64,000 nt of DNA from Actinomycetota bacterium (GCA_041191905.1 JBEENY010000001.1:3760-67759), one strand, 5' to 3'. Numbered from the stretch's first letter, positions 9,385-20,144 are shown. A program made the numbers and translations. The notes: generated from the letters alone by a model not told the origin.

Positions 9385-9934
9385 TCTGAAGTTCTTTCGA
9401 CATCAGGATGTGCTTATCGTCGATCATCGGACCAGGAACGAACCCCGCCTTTTCAAACATGCCTCTCGGACCTCGATATCCATAGCTGACAAATTCACCA
9501 CTGGCCAGGGGTGCAGAATTGACCACCCGGTAGCCATGACTGGGCAAGTCCTCCAACGCAAAGTTCAGGAGCTTGGTTGCCACTCCCCTGCCCTGGTGCT
9601 CCTCATCAATGACGAAGCAGATGATAGCCGCCTGGTCGTCAGGGGCTGGGGGAAGTGCTACGAAATTCCTAAAGCTATTAGCCGCCATCCAGCCCACTAC
9701 CTTGCCCTCGATAAGAGCAACATAACCCTGCATGGTTCCGTCTGAAATGCGATCACAGGCCCTTATGCGATTCAGGCTTTTGTCTTGTTCAGCCTCAGTA
9801 TTTTCTTTCTGCGTGTTTAGGTAGAACTGGCAGTAGCACCCCTGCCACTGAGGTTGCGACTTGAATGCAGGGCCATCCATAAACTCAAGGAATGGGTCGA
9901 GCTCTTTAGAACCCAACCGCCGAATTTCCAACAT
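9377..9934 (-). CDS. GNAT-family N-acetyltransferase with N-terminal WxxCYC motif
   Basis: Acetyl-CoA motif HQGRGVATKLL, FEKAGF; -10 TAACCT 6 nt upstream of ATG. Confidence 0.82.
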   Translation of the reverse strand: MLEIRRLGSKELDPFLEFMDGPAFKSQPQWQGCYCQFYLNTQKENTEAEQDKSLNRIRACDRISDGTMQGYVALIEGKVVGWMAANSFRNFVALPPAPDDQAAIICFVIDEEHQGRGVATKLLNFALEDLPSHGYRVVNSAPLASGEFVSYGYRGPRGMFEKAGFVPGPMIDDKHILMSKELQKN

Positions 9935-9957
9935 TTGATTAGGTTATCGGGGATAGC

Positions 9958-9992
9958 AAAAGACCCCGGGCAAATCTGCCCGAGGTCTTTTT
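9958..9992 (-). terminator. Intrinsic terminator downstream of tmRNA
   Basis: AAAAGACCCCGGGCA-AATC-TGCCCGAGGTCTTTTT hairpin with A/T tails. Confidence 0.82.
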
Positions 9993-9999
9993 CTGAAAG

Positions 10000-10368
10000 T
10001 GGAGATGGGGGGAATTGAACCCCCGTCCATTGCAACGTTTGTGGCGCTTCTACGGGTGTAGCTTCATAAGGCGTTCTGCTTGGCCCCGGTATTTGTCTGA
10101 AGCAACTACACCGACAGGCCCAGTCAAAGAAACAAGTCCCGGGATTACCTTTGACGCGTAATCCCAGCAAGATTCCTAAATGACGCCTGGTTCTAAGTCG
10201 AAATCAAACTTAGTCAGACGGACTTCGGGGCTAGCTTAAGCAGCTAGGGCGAAGTCGGCGCGCTTTGTATTGGCACCTATTGGTTTGAACACATCGTTTA
10301 CGAGATAAGTGCTCATCCTCGACCCGCTTCCTCCACGCATCACTACAGTGTCGAAACCGATCATCCCC
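10000..10368 (-). ncRNA. ssrA: tmRNA; tag ORF 10274-10236 encodes ANTKRADFALAA*
   Basis: 5' GGGGATGATCGGTTTCGAC, 3' GGACGGGGGTTCAATTCCCCCCATCTCCA with G3:U acceptor wobble; typical ALAA-terminated tag; terminal CCA not encoded. Confidence 0.96.
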
Positions 10369-10439
10369 ATGTTTAGTTACTTTATTTCAGACTGGACTTC
10401 GCCAGATTCAAAAGGATAACACCGAAGCTGTCGCACTTG

Positions 10440-11000
10440 TTACGGTGTTTGATACTTCTCAAGCAATTCGGAGGTTTGAGTGACTATAGCGAATTCCCCA
10501 TGAAGGTTTGCGGCGGTCATCTCCATCACTATCTCGCCCGGGATGAGCCTCTCCCCCAGAGCGACCGGGAAAGCAGTCGTCGCGTCGATTGCGAACTCGA
10601 CGTTATAGCCAAGGTTTCCAGCCATTCTGGCGGTCGTTTCACAACAGTAGTTCGTTGTAATGCCACAAATTACCAGTGATTGGTGACCACGCTCAGAAAG
10701 CCACTGATGGAGATCTGGTGATCCGTAGAACGCACTGTTTACAGACTTCTCAACCAGGATGTCCCCAAGGCCATCGAGAAACGGCTCAAGGTCATTTCCC
10801 GGCTGTGAAGGCGCAAGGGTTGAATTGGGATTCTTCGAATTGTGCTTTACAACAACCAGGGGCCAACCTCTAGTGCGCCAATGTTCGACGAGAGACTCGA
10901 TGTTTATATAAACATCTTGGTTAGCAGAAAGCCCCCAGCTCTTCTGATCCCGAAATCCCTTTTGGACATCGATAACCAGTAAAACTGGGGGCTGACTCAA
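10440..11000 (-). CDS. Isochorismatase-family cysteine hydrolase
   Basis: VIDVQKGF, KSVNSAF, GITTNYCCETTAR. Confidence 0.88.
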   Translation of the reverse strand: MSQPPVLLVIDVQKGFRDQKSWGLSANQDVYINIESLVEHWRTRGWPLVVVKHNSKNPNSTLAPSQPGNDLEPFLDGLGDILVEKSVNSAFYGSPDLHQWLSERGHQSLVICGITTNYCCETTARMAGNLGYNVEFAIDATTAFPVALGERLIPGEIVMEMTAANLHGEFAIVTQTSELLEKYQTP

Positions 11001-11004
11001 TTAC

Positions 11005-11418
11005 TTAGTGCGCGTGCGCGTAGCGGTCGTATTCGAATACAAAGCCAATCACCGCGATGATTGCAAATGGGGCTGCGATGAAGAACAGCCACCAACCCAC
11101 TGCAAGCGATGCGAAAGCTATTGCTGCCGAAGCTCCGATCACCAATGGCCACCAGCTGTAAGGGCTGAAGAATCCCACCTCACCAGACTCATCCTCGATG
11201 TTTCCATCCAGACGGTCCTCTGGCAGAGTCGCAGTGCGCTCCATTCCGCTGTGCAGGTAGTACGCAATAAACAATGCCAAGATCACCAGAAGGCCCATGG
11301 CCGCGGTGCCAATTGGCTCAACAGCGCCATACTCAAGATAGGTCCAGATGCCGTAGGCAATGTCGGCAACGGTGAAGTACGCCGCCATTACGAGCAGGAT
11401 TACAACATTTGACTTCAT
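11005..11418 (-). CDS. ctaF: Cytochrome c oxidase subunit IV
   Basis: PEDRLDG..GFFSPYSWWP, hydrophobic; follows ctaD. Confidence 0.92.
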   Translation of the reverse strand: MKSNVVILLVMAAYFTVADIAYGIWTYLEYGAVEPIGTAAMGLLVILALFIAYYLHSGMERTATLPEDRLDGNIEDESGEVGFFSPYSWWPLVIGASAAIAFASLAVGWWLFFIAAPFAIIAVIGFVFEYDRYAHAH

Positions 11419-13106
11419 TAGATGCGACCCTCCTTGACGTAAGCCGCCTTGGCCTCTGGCGAGGCATACTCAGGGTGGTTTAGGTCGAACGCTGGAGACT
11501 CCGAGCGAATGCGAGGAATCTGGTGGAAGTTGTGACGTGGGAATGGAGACTCAGTTGCCCACTCAAGGGAGCGACCATAGCCCCATGGGTCCTTTAGGCC
11601 CACCATGGTTCCCTTGCGAGCAGTAACCCACACGTTGAATAGGAATGGAATCATCGACAGTGCCAAGATTGCCGCACCCACGGTGGAGACAATGTTCATC
11701 TCGGTGAAGCCATCCTCTGGAAGATACGTGGCGTAGCGACGCGGCATGCCCATAACTCCCAGCCAGTGCTGGATCAAGAAGGTGGTGTGGAAACCGATGA
11801 AGAGCAGCCAGAAGTGCCACTTGCCAAGTCGCTCGTTGAGCATCTTTCCGGTGAACTTTGGCCACCAGAAGTAGAAGCCGGCGAACATCGCAAATACCAC
11901 GGTTCCGAAGACTACGTAGTGGAAGTGAGCTACCACGAAGTAGCTGTCGGATAGGTGGAAGTCCAGTGCTGGCGACGCCAGAATGACACCGGTTAGTCCA
12001 CCGAAGACGAAGCTAACCAAGAAGCCCAGGCTCCAAAGCATTGGGGTCTCAAAAGATACAGATCCGCGCCACATCGTTCCGATCCAGTTGAAGATCTTCA
12101 CACCAGTTGGAACCGCGATCAGCATTGTGGTGAATGCGAAGAATGGAAGAAGTACCTGACCGGTTACGTACATGTGGTGTGCCCACACGGTCATCGAGAG
12201 AGCTGCGATCGCAATCGTCGCGTAAACCAGAGTCTTGTAACCAAAAATCGGCTTGCGGCTGAAGACCGGGAAAATCTCGGAAACAATTCCAAAGAATGGC
12301 AGCGCAATGATGTAAACCTCAGGGTGACCAAAGAACCAGAACAGGTGCTGCCAAAGCATGGCTCCACCATTCTCTGGATCGAAGATGTGAGCTCCAAACT
12401 TGCGGTCTGCGCCCAGTGCGAAAAGAGCTGCTGCCAGTGGAGGGAAGCACATGATCACGAGGATGGATGTGACAAGGGTGTTCCAGGTGAAAATCGGCAT
12501 TCTCCACATGGTCATACCAGGAGCACGCATCGTGATAATCGTGGTGATGAAGTTGACTCCACCCAAAATCGTTCCGAATCCGCTCAGCGCCAATCCGAAG
12601 ACCCACAGGTCTCCACCGATTCCTGGCGAGAAGGTGGTGTTTGATAGCGGTGCATACGCAAACCAACCGAATGACGCCGCACCCTGCGGGGTGAAGAATC
12701 CAGAAACCGCGATTAGGGATCCGAAGTTGAAGAACCAGTATGCAATCGCGTTCAGACGAGGGAACGCAACGTCAGGCGCACCGATCTGTACTGGCATAAG
12801 GACGTTTGCAAAGCCAGCGAAAAGTGGTGTTGCAAACATCAGCAGCATGATGGTGCCGTGCATGGTGAACAGCTGGTTGTACTGCTCCTTGGTGGCGACG
12901 ATGTCAAGACCAGGCAGGGTTAGCTGCGCACGGATGACCAGCGCCATTACACCGGCGATGAGGAAATAGACAAAGGCTGTAATCAGGTACAGGTAACCGA
13001 TTTTCTTGTGGTCGGTGGTGGTTAGCCAATCAACCAGCAGCTGACCCTTGGATCGCTTTGGAGCAAGCGAGCCTGGTTGGATCCTGGTTTCAGTAAGGGT
13101 TGCCAT
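11418..13106 (-). CDS. ctaD: Cytochrome c oxidase subunit I
   Basis: [30 protein letters not shown]. Confidence 0.98.
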   Translation of the reverse strand: MATLTETRIQPGSLAPKRSKGQLLVDWLTTTDHKKIGYLYLITAFVYFLIAGVMALVIRAQLTLPGLDIVATKEQYNQLFTMHGTIMLLMFATPLFAGFANVLMPVQIGAPDVAFPRLNAIAYWFFNFGSLIAVSGFFTPQGAASFGWFAYAPLSNTTFSPGIGGDLWVFGLALSGFGTILGGVNFITTIITMRAPGMTMWRMPIFTWNTLVTSILVIMCFPPLAAALFALGADRKFGAHIFDPENGGAMLWQHLFWFFGHPEVYIIALPFFGIVSEIFPVFSRKPIFGYKTLVYATIAIAALSMTVWAHHMYVTGQVLLPFFAFTTMLIAVPTGVKIFNWIGTMWRGSVSFETPMLWSLGFLVSFVFGGLTGVILASPALDFHLSDSYFVVAHFHYVVFGTVVFAMFAGFYFWWPKFTGKMLNERLGKWHFWLLFIGFHTTFLIQHWLGVMGMPRRYATYLPEDGFTEMNIVSTVGAAILALSMIPFLFNVWVTARKGTMVGLKDPWGYGRSLEWATESPFPRHNFHQIPRIRSESPAFDLNHPEYASPEAKAAYVKEGRI

Positions 13107-13114
13107 TTTCTCTC

Positions 13115-13990
13115 TTATTCCTCTGAATCAGTTCTCTTTGATGGGTCGCCACCTGGCAAGTTTTGGTTTCGGTCGTACTCAGTCGATAGCTGTCCGACAT
13201 TTCCAGCTGCGGCCAGTGCCTGCATCTGCGCCTCATACTCTTCAACAGAAACAACCTTGACGTTGAAAAGCATCATGGAGTGGTACTCACCGCAAAGCTC
13301 CGCACACTTACCGACGTAGGTGCCTTCCTTGAGCGGAGTGAAGTACATGTGGTTGGTCATGCCTGGGAACATGTCTTTCTTGTAAAGGAAGTCCACAACC
13401 CAGAAGGAGTGAATAACATCACGGGCGGTTAGGTCGATTTGCACCGACTTTCCGACGGGGAGATAAAGGGTTGGAAGAGTCTCCATGATGTTCTCTTCCT
13501 TGCCAGTGAACTGAGCCTGAATGCCGGAGAAGTAAACATCATCGGTCACGTAGTTGAAGTCCCAGCTCCACTGCTTTCCAATGACTTCAATCACTACGTC
13601 TGGGTTTGGGTTCTTAGCCTCGATTGCAGCCATGTCGCGAGCGGTGAATGCGAAGAATCCGACCACCAGGATCAAAGGAATGACTGTGAAGAGAGTCTCG
13701 ATAGGCATGTTGTAGCGAATCTGCTGTGGCAGACCAGTCTCGCCCTTGCGTCGACGGTAAACAACCAAAGCCCAGGCCATAAGGCCCCACGCAACTGCAC
13801 CCACTGCGAGAAGGACAATCCAAGAGGTGTTCCATAGGTGGATGATGCGGTCGGTGTGGTTAGTAACACCCCAAGCATCTGGCAAGAAGCCTCTTTGAAT
13901 CTCTGGAGAACAACCAGTAAGCGCTAAAGCGGCCACTGAAGCCAACGCTATAGCCGAAATTCGGCGGCGAATCTTAGACAAGTGATACAT
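13115..13990 (-). CDS. ctaC: Cytochrome c oxidase subunit II (lipoprotein); start ATG 13990 or in-frame TTG 13981
   Basis: CuA ligands [19 protein letters not shown]; lipobox ALTGC. Confidence 0.95.
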   Translation of the reverse strand: MYHLSKIRRRISAIALASVAALALTGCSPEIQRGFLPDAWGVTNHTDRIIHLWNTSWIVLLAVGAVAWGLMAWALVVYRRRKGETGLPQQIRYNMPIETLFTVIPLILVVGFFAFTARDMAAIEAKNPNPDVVIEVIGKQWSWDFNYVTDDVYFSGIQAQFTGKEENIMETLPTLYLPVGKSVQIDLTARDVIHSFWVVDFLYKKDMFPGMTNHMYFTPLKEGTYVGKCAELCGEYHSMMLFNVKVVSVEEYEAQMQALAAAGNVGQLSTEYDRNQNLPGGDPSKRTDSEE

Positions 13991-14014
13991 CCTTCTTGGG
14001 CTGCAGACCCTCAA

Positions 14015-14047
14015 AGTCTAATCCCAAAAATGCCATCCGACGGGTGT
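14015..14047 (-). promoter_or_regulatory. ctaC promoter: ACACCCG box plus -10 TAGACT
   Basis: Minus strand ACACCCGTCGGATGGCATTTTTGGGAT-TAGACT, same spacing as the ctaE promoter. Confidence 0.5.
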
Positions 14048-14058
14048 TTTGCGGCGAT

Positions 14059-14394
14059 TTAGCTGAAGGAATCTCCGCAGGCACAGGAGCCAGAAGCGTT
14101 CGGATTGTCGATCGTGAAACCTTGTTTCTGGATTGAGTCCTCAAAATCGATTGAAGCGCCGTCTAGATAAGGAATGCTCATCGGGTCAACTACCACTTCA
14201 ACGCCATCGAAAGCCACAACTGCATCGGCTTCCTCGAGCTGTTCGTCGAAGAAAAGCTGGTAGATCAGACCGGAGCAACCACCCGGCTCAACAGCCACGC
14301 GAAGTCTGAGATCGTCTCTACCTTCGGCGGTAAGGAGATTCTTGACCTTCTCGACTGCGGTTGGTGTGAGTACTACTCCGTGAGCCTGTGACAT
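14059..14394 (-). CDS. erpA: A-type Fe-S carrier (ErpA/IscA/HesB)
   Basis: GGCSG and CACGDSF; SD AGGAGG before ATG 14394. Confidence 0.92.
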   Translation of the reverse strand: MSQAHGVVLTPTAVEKVKNLLTAEGRDDLRLRVAVEPGGCSGLIYQLFFDEQLEEADAVVAFDGVEVVVDPMSIPYLDGASIDFEDSIQKQGFTIDNPNASGSCACGDSFS

Positions 14395-14418
14395 GTTGTC
14401 CTCCTGTTTCAAGTTTAA

Positions 14419-15822
14419 CTAGCTTCTTCGCATCTGATTCCCGCTGAGCAAAAGCATGGCTTCGGCCGTGATTGCCCGCTTCAGCGTTGGGAGATGCTGG
14501 GATTCATTAGGCGAGTGAGCCCTGGAGTCAGGATCCTCAACTCCAGTCACGAGAATTTCAGCCTCGGGAAAGACGCTTGCAAACTCAGAAATGAACGGGA
14601 TTGAACCACCAACCCCAATCTCAACCGCAGGTTTTGGCCAGACAGAGCTCAGAATCTCCTTGGCCAAGCTTGCTGCCCAACCTTGTTTGGCGAAGTAACC
14701 GGGACCCTGCTCGGAGTGCCCGAACTCAATGTGAGCACCAAAAGGTGCATTGGCAACCAGGTGATCCTTGAGCATTTGCAGGCCGTGAGTTGGATCCTCA
14801 CCCGGCGCTAAACGCAGCGAGATTCGAGCGGTAATTTCAGGCTGTGCGGTGTTAGATGAGGTCGCAACTGCCGGAGCATCGAGTCCGATCACAGTGACAG
14901 CAGGAGAGCCCCAGTTCTGCTTTAGCAGAGAGTGGGTTCCGATTCTCTGAACACCATCGAGAAGGCCAGCCTGTTCGCGGAAGTCGCTATCACTAAAGGG
15001 CAACTCGGCAACATCAACAGTTTTTAGGCCCTTGATTGCCACATTTCCCGCTTCATCGTTCAACGATGCAAGAAGGCGAATCATGGCGGTCATAGCGTCC
15101 GGCAGAGGTCCTCCGAACATACCGCTGTGGAGTGCGTGATCCATAGTCTTGAGAGTGAATGTCTGTGAGACAACACCGCGCAGGGTGCTTGTGAGTGCCG
15201 GCACATCAAGTGACCAGTTGCCACTGTCGGCCACAACAATAAGATCGGCCGCCAATTCGGCCCTATTGTCGGCCAGGAAATTTGAAAATGACTCGCTACC
15301 GGCTTCTTCTTCACCCTCAATAAAGACAGTGATTCCTAAGTCAACGGCTTCCGATAGTTCTGCCAGCGCCTTGAGCGCATAAACATGGGTGATAACCCCG
15401 GCCTTGTCATCGCTAACACCGCGCCCGTAGAGGCGATCCCCCTTGAGGGTTGCCTGGAATGGGTCGCTCTCCCAGAGCTCCGGGTTTCCCGGAGGCTGCA
15501 CGTCGTGGTGTGCATAAAGCAGTACGTGAGGAGCGCCATTTTTGGCAGCTCTTCTCGCCAAAACTGCAGGTGAACCCTGTTCCCCATTCGGCTTGAGCGC
15601 AGTTCTGATGTCGACGAAATCAAACAGACCGGTTCCCTGAAGCAGGCTTTGCACCGCCTCTGCAGATCTATCCAGGTTGCTGGGGTCGAAACTAGGCCAG
15701 GCAATACCCGGAATCTTTACAAGCGATCCGAGCTGGGAGACGACCTGAGAGAAGTTCTCCTGAACAAACGTCTCGACATTGGATTGATCTTGCGGCGAAA
15801 GCGAAACTTTGCTGAATGTCAT
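14419..15822 (-). CDS. M20 family dipeptidase
   Basis: YAHHDVQP, GRGVSDDK, EGEEEAGS, HSPNE. Confidence 0.9.
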   Translation of the reverse strand: MTFSKVSLSPQDQSNVETFVQENFSQVVSQLGSLVKIPGIAWPSFDPSNLDRSAEAVQSLLQGTGLFDFVDIRTALKPNGEQGSPAVLARRAAKNGAPHVLLYAHHDVQPPGNPELWESDPFQATLKGDRLYGRGVSDDKAGVITHVYALKALAELSEAVDLGITVFIEGEEEAGSESFSNFLADNRAELAADLIVVADSGNWSLDVPALTSTLRGVVSQTFTLKTMDHALHSGMFGGPLPDAMTAMIRLLASLNDEAGNVAIKGLKTVDVAELPFSDSDFREQAGLLDGVQRIGTHSLLKQNWGSPAVTVIGLDAPAVATSSNTAQPEITARISLRLAPGEDPTHGLQMLKDHLVANAPFGAHIEFGHSEQGPGYFAKQGWAASLAKEILSSVWPKPAVEIGVGGSIPFISEFASVFPEAEILVTGVEDPDSRAHSPNESQHLPTLKRAITAEAMLLLSGNQMRRS

Positions 15823-15858
15823 GGCGATAATCTAATGGCAGAACTCGAGAGGTTTTTG

Positions 15859-16395
15859 ATGTCAGAGAGCAATTCCACAGCCGGCAAGGGCCGCCCTACT
15901 CCCCCGCGCAAAGAGCGCGAGCAGGCTCGAAAAAAGCCGTTGGTTGGAGATCGAAGCAAAGAAGCTCGCAAGGCACAGCGCGAAAAGCTTCGTGAAGAGC
16001 GCCAGAAAGCTCGCGAAGGAATGATGGCGGGAGATGAGCGCTACTTGACCTACCGCGACAAAGGTCCACAGCGAAAGTTCGTTCGTGATCTAGTCGATTC
16101 CCGCTTCACTGCTGGCGAGATGGTGCTTCCAGCGATGTTCTTGGTCGTGCTAACAACCTTTATTGACAGCTATGAGGTGCAGCTCTACTCGCTAATTGCC
16201 ATGTGGGCCTTGTTCTTAGTTGTAGCTCTTGATGCCTTCCTGGTCGCGCGCTCAGTAAAGAAGCGCGTTGCCAAGAAATTCGGCGCAGACAAGATGGAGG
16301 GTGGTCTTGGTTGGTATGGCGCGATGCGCTCCATCCAAATGCGCGCGCTTAGAATTCCGAAACCGCAGGTTCCCCGCTTCGCAAAGATTGACTAA
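15859..16395 (+). CDS. DUF3043-type membrane protein
   Basis: GKGRPTP..R, RDKGPQRKFVRD, MRSIQMRALR.PKPQV; SD GAGAGG before ATG 15859. Confidence 0.85.
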   Translation: MSESNSTAGKGRPTPPRKEREQARKKPLVGDRSKEARKAQREKLREERQKAREGMMAGDERYLTYRDKGPQRKFVRDLVDSRFTAGEMVLPAMFLVVLTTFIDSYEVQLYSLIAMWALFLVVALDAFLVARSVKKRVAKKFGADKMEGGLGWYGAMRSIQMRALRIPKPQVPRFAKID

Positions 16396-16412
16396 TTGAA
16401 AGGGTTTCAAAG

Positions 16413-17414
16413 ATGAAACATCGCTACTTAGGAAACTCCGGTCTCAAGGTCTCCGAACTGATTTATGGAAACTGGCTCACTCACGCCTCACAGGTGGCGG
16501 AAGAGCAGGCAATTGCCACTGTAAACGCTGCGCTCGAGGGTGGAATCACAACTTTCGACACCGCTGATGCCTATGCAAACCAGGCTGCCGAGGTGGTTTT
16601 GGGTAAAGCTCTCAAGGGTCAGCGGCGTGAGGGTATTGAAATACTGACCAAGGTCTACTGGCCAGTCGCGGCGAAGGGTCCAAACGATTGCGGTCTGAGC
16701 CGAAAGCACATTTTCGAGTCCATCAATGGCTCGCTGCAGCGACTTCAAACGGACTATGTCGATCTGTACCAAGCGCACCGTTTCGACTACGAAACTCCTC
16801 TTGAAGAGACCATGCAGGCATTTGCCGACTTGGTTCGCATGGGGAAAGTCCTCTACGTGGGAGTTTCAGAGTGGAACGCGGATCAAATCCGCCAAGGCCA
16901 AGCCCTTGCTAGCCAACTCGGCTTCAAGCTCATCTCTAACCAACCGCAGTACTCGATGCTCTGGAGAGTCATCGAAGAGAAGGTAATCCCGACAAGCGTA
17001 GAGCTGGGACTGGGGCAAATCGTATGGTCCCCAATGGCACAGGGTGTGCTAACCGGCAAGTACCTGCCTGGTCAGCCCGCTCCGGCTGGATCTAGAGCAG
17101 CCGATCCGGCGATGTCTTCCATCGTTGAGAAGTTCATGGGCGAGAAGACCCTCACCGCCGTTCAGCAGCTAAAGCCCCTCGCTGACGGGCTTGGACTTTC
17201 CATGGCACAATTTGCTCTGGCCTGGGTGCTTCAAAACAAGGCTGTTTCAGCGGCTATCGTCGGAGCTTCTAGACCAGAGCAAATGGCAGACAACCTCGGT
17301 GCCAGTGGAGTTGAAATACCAGCTGAGGTGATGAAGAAGGTCGATGAGATCTTGGCCGATGTGATTGTCTCGGATCCTGAGCTAACTAAGTCGCCGGCAG
17401 AGCGCCCCTGCTAG
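16413..17414 (+). CDS. Aldo/keto reductase (Kv-beta-like)
   Basis: LGNSGLKVS, FDTADAY, LYQAHRFD, WSPMAQGVLTGKY. Confidence 0.92.
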   Translation: MKHRYLGNSGLKVSELIYGNWLTHASQVAEEQAIATVNAALEGGITTFDTADAYANQAAEVVLGKALKGQRREGIEILTKVYWPVAAKGPNDCGLSRKHIFESINGSLQRLQTDYVDLYQAHRFDYETPLEETMQAFADLVRMGKVLYVGVSEWNADQIRQGQALASQLGFKLISNQPQYSMLWRVIEEKVIPTSVELGLGQIVWSPMAQGVLTGKYLPGQPAPAGSRAADPAMSSIVEKFMGEKTLTAVQQLKPLADGLGLSMAQFALAWVLQNKAVSAAIVGASRPEQMADNLGASGVEIPAEVMKKVDEILADVIVSDPELTKSPAERPC

Positions 17415-18400
17415 GAAGTAACCGCAAGTCGCTTGGGCCAAAATGGCCCGTGATAAACGAATCCGGTGTAACCCTGGACTAGATCAGCCCCCAGTTTCAC
17501 GCGCTCGATTACGTCACCCCGGGTGACCACGCCACCAACGGATATCACGCAGAAGCTCTCATCCAATTGTGACCGGATGAGCTTCAACATCTCGATCGAT
17601 CGATCACGAAGCACTGGGCCAGATAAACCTCCGGTTTCAGCCAAGACCTTCGGATCTGCACTTAGGTTTCTGGAAATCGTCGTATTGGTGGCTATCACAC
17701 CTGCGAGCTTGAGTCGCTTGACTAACGCGAGGATTTCGAACAGGTCCGAGTCAGCTAGATCTGGCGATAACTTTAGGAGTACGGGCCTTCCGAGCGAATT
17801 TGCAAGAGTCGCAGTCAGAATGGGTTCTAGTGCCGCAACCTGCTGCAAATCCCGCAATCCAGGCGTGTTTGGCGAGGAGACATTGACCACCAAGTAGTCG
17901 GCGAATGGGGCGAGTGCCTTGGTTGCCAACTCGTAGTCAATGTGTGCTTGATCGGCTGGAGTCTCCTTGTTCTTTCCGATGTTTACACCAATGACTGGAA
18001 GAACCCTACGCTTGCGAAGGGCCTGAAGCCTTCTTGCGACAACCTCAGCACCGTCGTTATTGAAGCCCATTCGGTTGATGAGCGCGTCATTCTCGGGAAG
18101 CCGGAACATGCGAGGCTTGGGATTACCGTACTGAGGTCTAGGGGTTACTGTTCCAATCTCGACATGACCAAAACCGAGCGCGTGTAGCGCGGTCACCATT
18201 CGAGCATTCTTATCAAATCCGGCAGCCATGCCGAATCTGTTTTCAAACGCGAGGCCCATGACTGATATTGATCCCACGCGCTTTTTGGCCCGCAGGATTC
18301 CAAGCTTCGCGGCCAACTCAAGTCCGCTTGCGACTAAGTGGTGTGCCGCCTCTGGGTCCATGCCCCTAAAGAAGGTGTTGAACAGAAAGCGATAAATCAT
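17411..18400 (-). CDS. pyrD: Quinone-dependent dihydroorotate dehydrogenase
   Basis: [30 protein letters not shown]. Confidence 0.95.
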   Translation of the reverse strand: MIYRFLFNTFFRGMDPEAAHHLVASGLELAAKLGILRAKKRVGSISVMGLAFENRFGMAAGFDKNARMVTALHALGFGHVEIGTVTPRPQYGNPKPRMFRLPENDALINRMGFNNDGAEVVARRLQALRKRRVLPVIGVNIGKNKETPADQAHIDYELATKALAPFADYLVVNVSSPNTPGLRDLQQVAALEPILTATLANSLGRPVLLKLSPDLADSDLFEILALVKRLKLAGVIATNTTISRNLSADPKVLAETGGLSGPVLRDRSIEMLKLIRSQLDESFCVISVGGVVTRGDVIERVKLGADLVQGYTGFVYHGPFWPKRLAVTS

Positions 18401-18840
18401 TCGGACCTCAGGCTGCCAATCGCCCTCTCGAAGTCATCTAGCGAGTCCCAGGCCTGGTAAACGCTGGCGAACCTCATGTATGCAACGTGATCCAAATTGC
18501 GCAAAGGATCAAGGATCGCAAGGCCAATGTCCTGGGCTTCAATGCTGGCGGCACCAGTCGCACGAAGAGTTTCCTCCACCTGCTGTGCGAGAAGTGCAAG
18601 ATCAGCATCAGTTACTGGGCGGCCCTGGCAAGCCTTTCTGACGCCCGAGACAATCTTGTCCCTGGAGAAAGGCTCAGTAACACCCGATCGCTTGGTGACC
18701 ATCAAGCTCGCTGTCTCAACAGTGGTGAAACGCTTCTGGCACTCAGGGCATTGGCGTCTGCGACGAATCGAAGAGCCGTCGTCAGACGTTCTGGAATCGA
18801 TCACTCTTGAATCGGCATGCCTGCAGAACGGACAAAACAT
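18397..18840 (-). CDS. nrdR: Transcriptional repressor NrdR
   Basis: [13 protein letters not shown] zinc ribbon, ATP cone, YMRFASVY. Confidence 0.97.
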   Translation of the reverse strand: MFCPFCRHADSRVIDSRTSDDGSSIRRRRQCPECQKRFTTVETASLMVTKRSGVTEPFSRDKIVSGVRKACQGRPVTDADLALLAQQVEETLRATGAASIEAQDIGLAILDPLRNLDHVAYMRFASVYQAWDSLDDFERAIGSLRSE

Positions 18841-20144
18841 TAGATTTCCCTTCGAATCCGGGCTGCGGCTCCGTGAGCCGGTAGGCCTTCGGTTACGGCA
18901 AGTAAGTCAAGCTTCTCAGTAAGTTCAGCCAGTGCCTCGGCTGAGTAATCGATAACCTGCTGCGGTCTGAGAAATGTGTGAACGCCCAAGCCTGGACCGA
19001 ATTTGGCCTGTTCGGAGGTCGGTAACACATGGTTGGAGCCAGCTAGGTAATCCCCCAAGCTCACCGGCGAATACGGTCCGATGAAGATTGCTCCAGCGTT
19101 AGTGATTTCGGCTAGCGCCTTTTCTGGCTCTGCAGTTTGGATCTCCAGGTGCTCCGTGGCGTAATGGTTCGCGACCTCGATCGCCGCATCTAAGGAGTCC
19201 ACCAAAACCAGTGCGGATTGTTTGCCCTCTAATGCAGCCAAGACCCGGCCTGAATTCAGGGTCATTGGTGCCTGGACTTCGAGCTCTCGTGCAACGCTCA
19301 CCAACAATTCTTCAGAATCGGTAACCAAGACAGCCGCTGCATTCTCGTCGTGCTCTGCTTGCGAGATCAAATCGGCAGCGAGGAAACGAGGATTTGCATC
19401 CTTGTCGGCAATTATCAAAATCTCTGTAGGTCCAGCCTCAGAGTCAATACCGATTTGACCCCTGAGTATCCGCTTTGCGGTTGCCACATAGATATTTCCT
19501 GGACCGGTCACCATCGAAACCGGATCCAGACCGATCTCATCGACGCCAAATGCGAATGCAGCGATGGCCGTTGCGCCACCAATTGCGTAGACCTCGGTGA
19601 CTCCAAGCAGACCCGCTGCAGCCAAAATACTGGGGTGCGGAAGTCCACCAAACTCTGCTTGGGCCGGTGAGGCAATGACGATCCGGGGTACCTCAGCCAC
19701 CTGGGCGGGTACCACATTCATGATGACGCTGGAAGGGTAGACGGCCTTTCCTCCCGGGACGTAGAGCCCAACCGAGTCAACCGGCACATACCGTTGGGTC
19801 ACTTTCGCTCCGGAGGCGAGCTGGACCTCGCTAGTGAGTGGCTTCACTGCCTCGCTCACTTTTCGGACCCTAGCTATCGCCTCCTCGATTGCGCTGCGCA
19901 ACTCGGCAGAGAGTGAACTGACTGCTGATTCAATTTTCGTAACGGGAACCCGAAAACTCGCAGGAATGACGCGGTCGAATCGTTCGGAGTGATTCTTTAG
20001 AGCCTCTAGACCGAGGGTTCTAACCTCTTCACAGAGGGCTCTAACGGTGGCTTCGATCTCGGGACTGTTAGAAACGCTTGCCCTGGGCAGTTCATCCCTC
20101 ACCCGCGAAGCGGTGATTGGGCCATTGAGATCTAAACGCCGCAA
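18840..20144 (-). CDS. hisD: Histidinol dehydrogenase
   Basis: [42 protein letters not shown]. Confidence 0.96.
   Translation of the reverse strand: MRRLDLNGPITASRVRDELPRASVSNSPEIEATVRALCEEVRTLGLEALKNHSERFDRVIPASFRVPVTKIESAVSSLSAELRSAIEEAIARVRKVSEAVKPLTSEVQLASGAKVTQRYVPVDSVGLYVPGGKAVYPSSVIMNVVPAQVAEVPRIVIASPAQAEFGGLPHPSILAAAGLLGVTEVYAIGGATAIAAFAFGVDEIGLDPVSMVTGPGNIYVATAKRILRGQIGIDSEAGPTEILIIADKDANPRFLAADLISQAEHDENAAAVLVTDSEELLVSVARELEVQAPMTLNSGRVLAALEGKQSALVLVDSLDAAIEVANHYATEHLEIQTAEPEKALAEITNAGAIFIGPYSPVSLGDYLAGSNHVLPTSEQAKFGPGLGVHTFLRPQQVIDYSAEALAELTEKLDLLAVTEGLPAHGAAARIRREI

Noticed and set aside
9377-10000. Prophage or genomic island integrated at ssrA or tRNA-Pro
   Set aside because: No integrase, no att direct repeat and no phage genes seen
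9817-10170. 117-aa minus-strand ORF
   Set aside because: Runs through the tmRNA 3' half and its terminator; no protein motifs
12174-12969. Long plus-strand ORFs antisense to ctaD (and similar ones opposite ftsZ, murD, ftsW and pyc)
   Set aside because: Shadow ORFs produced by the codon bias of conserved genes; no RBS or recognisable domains
15649-15858. N-terminal extension of the DUF3043 ORF
   Set aside because: Overlaps the divergent M20 gene; an SD supports ATG 15859
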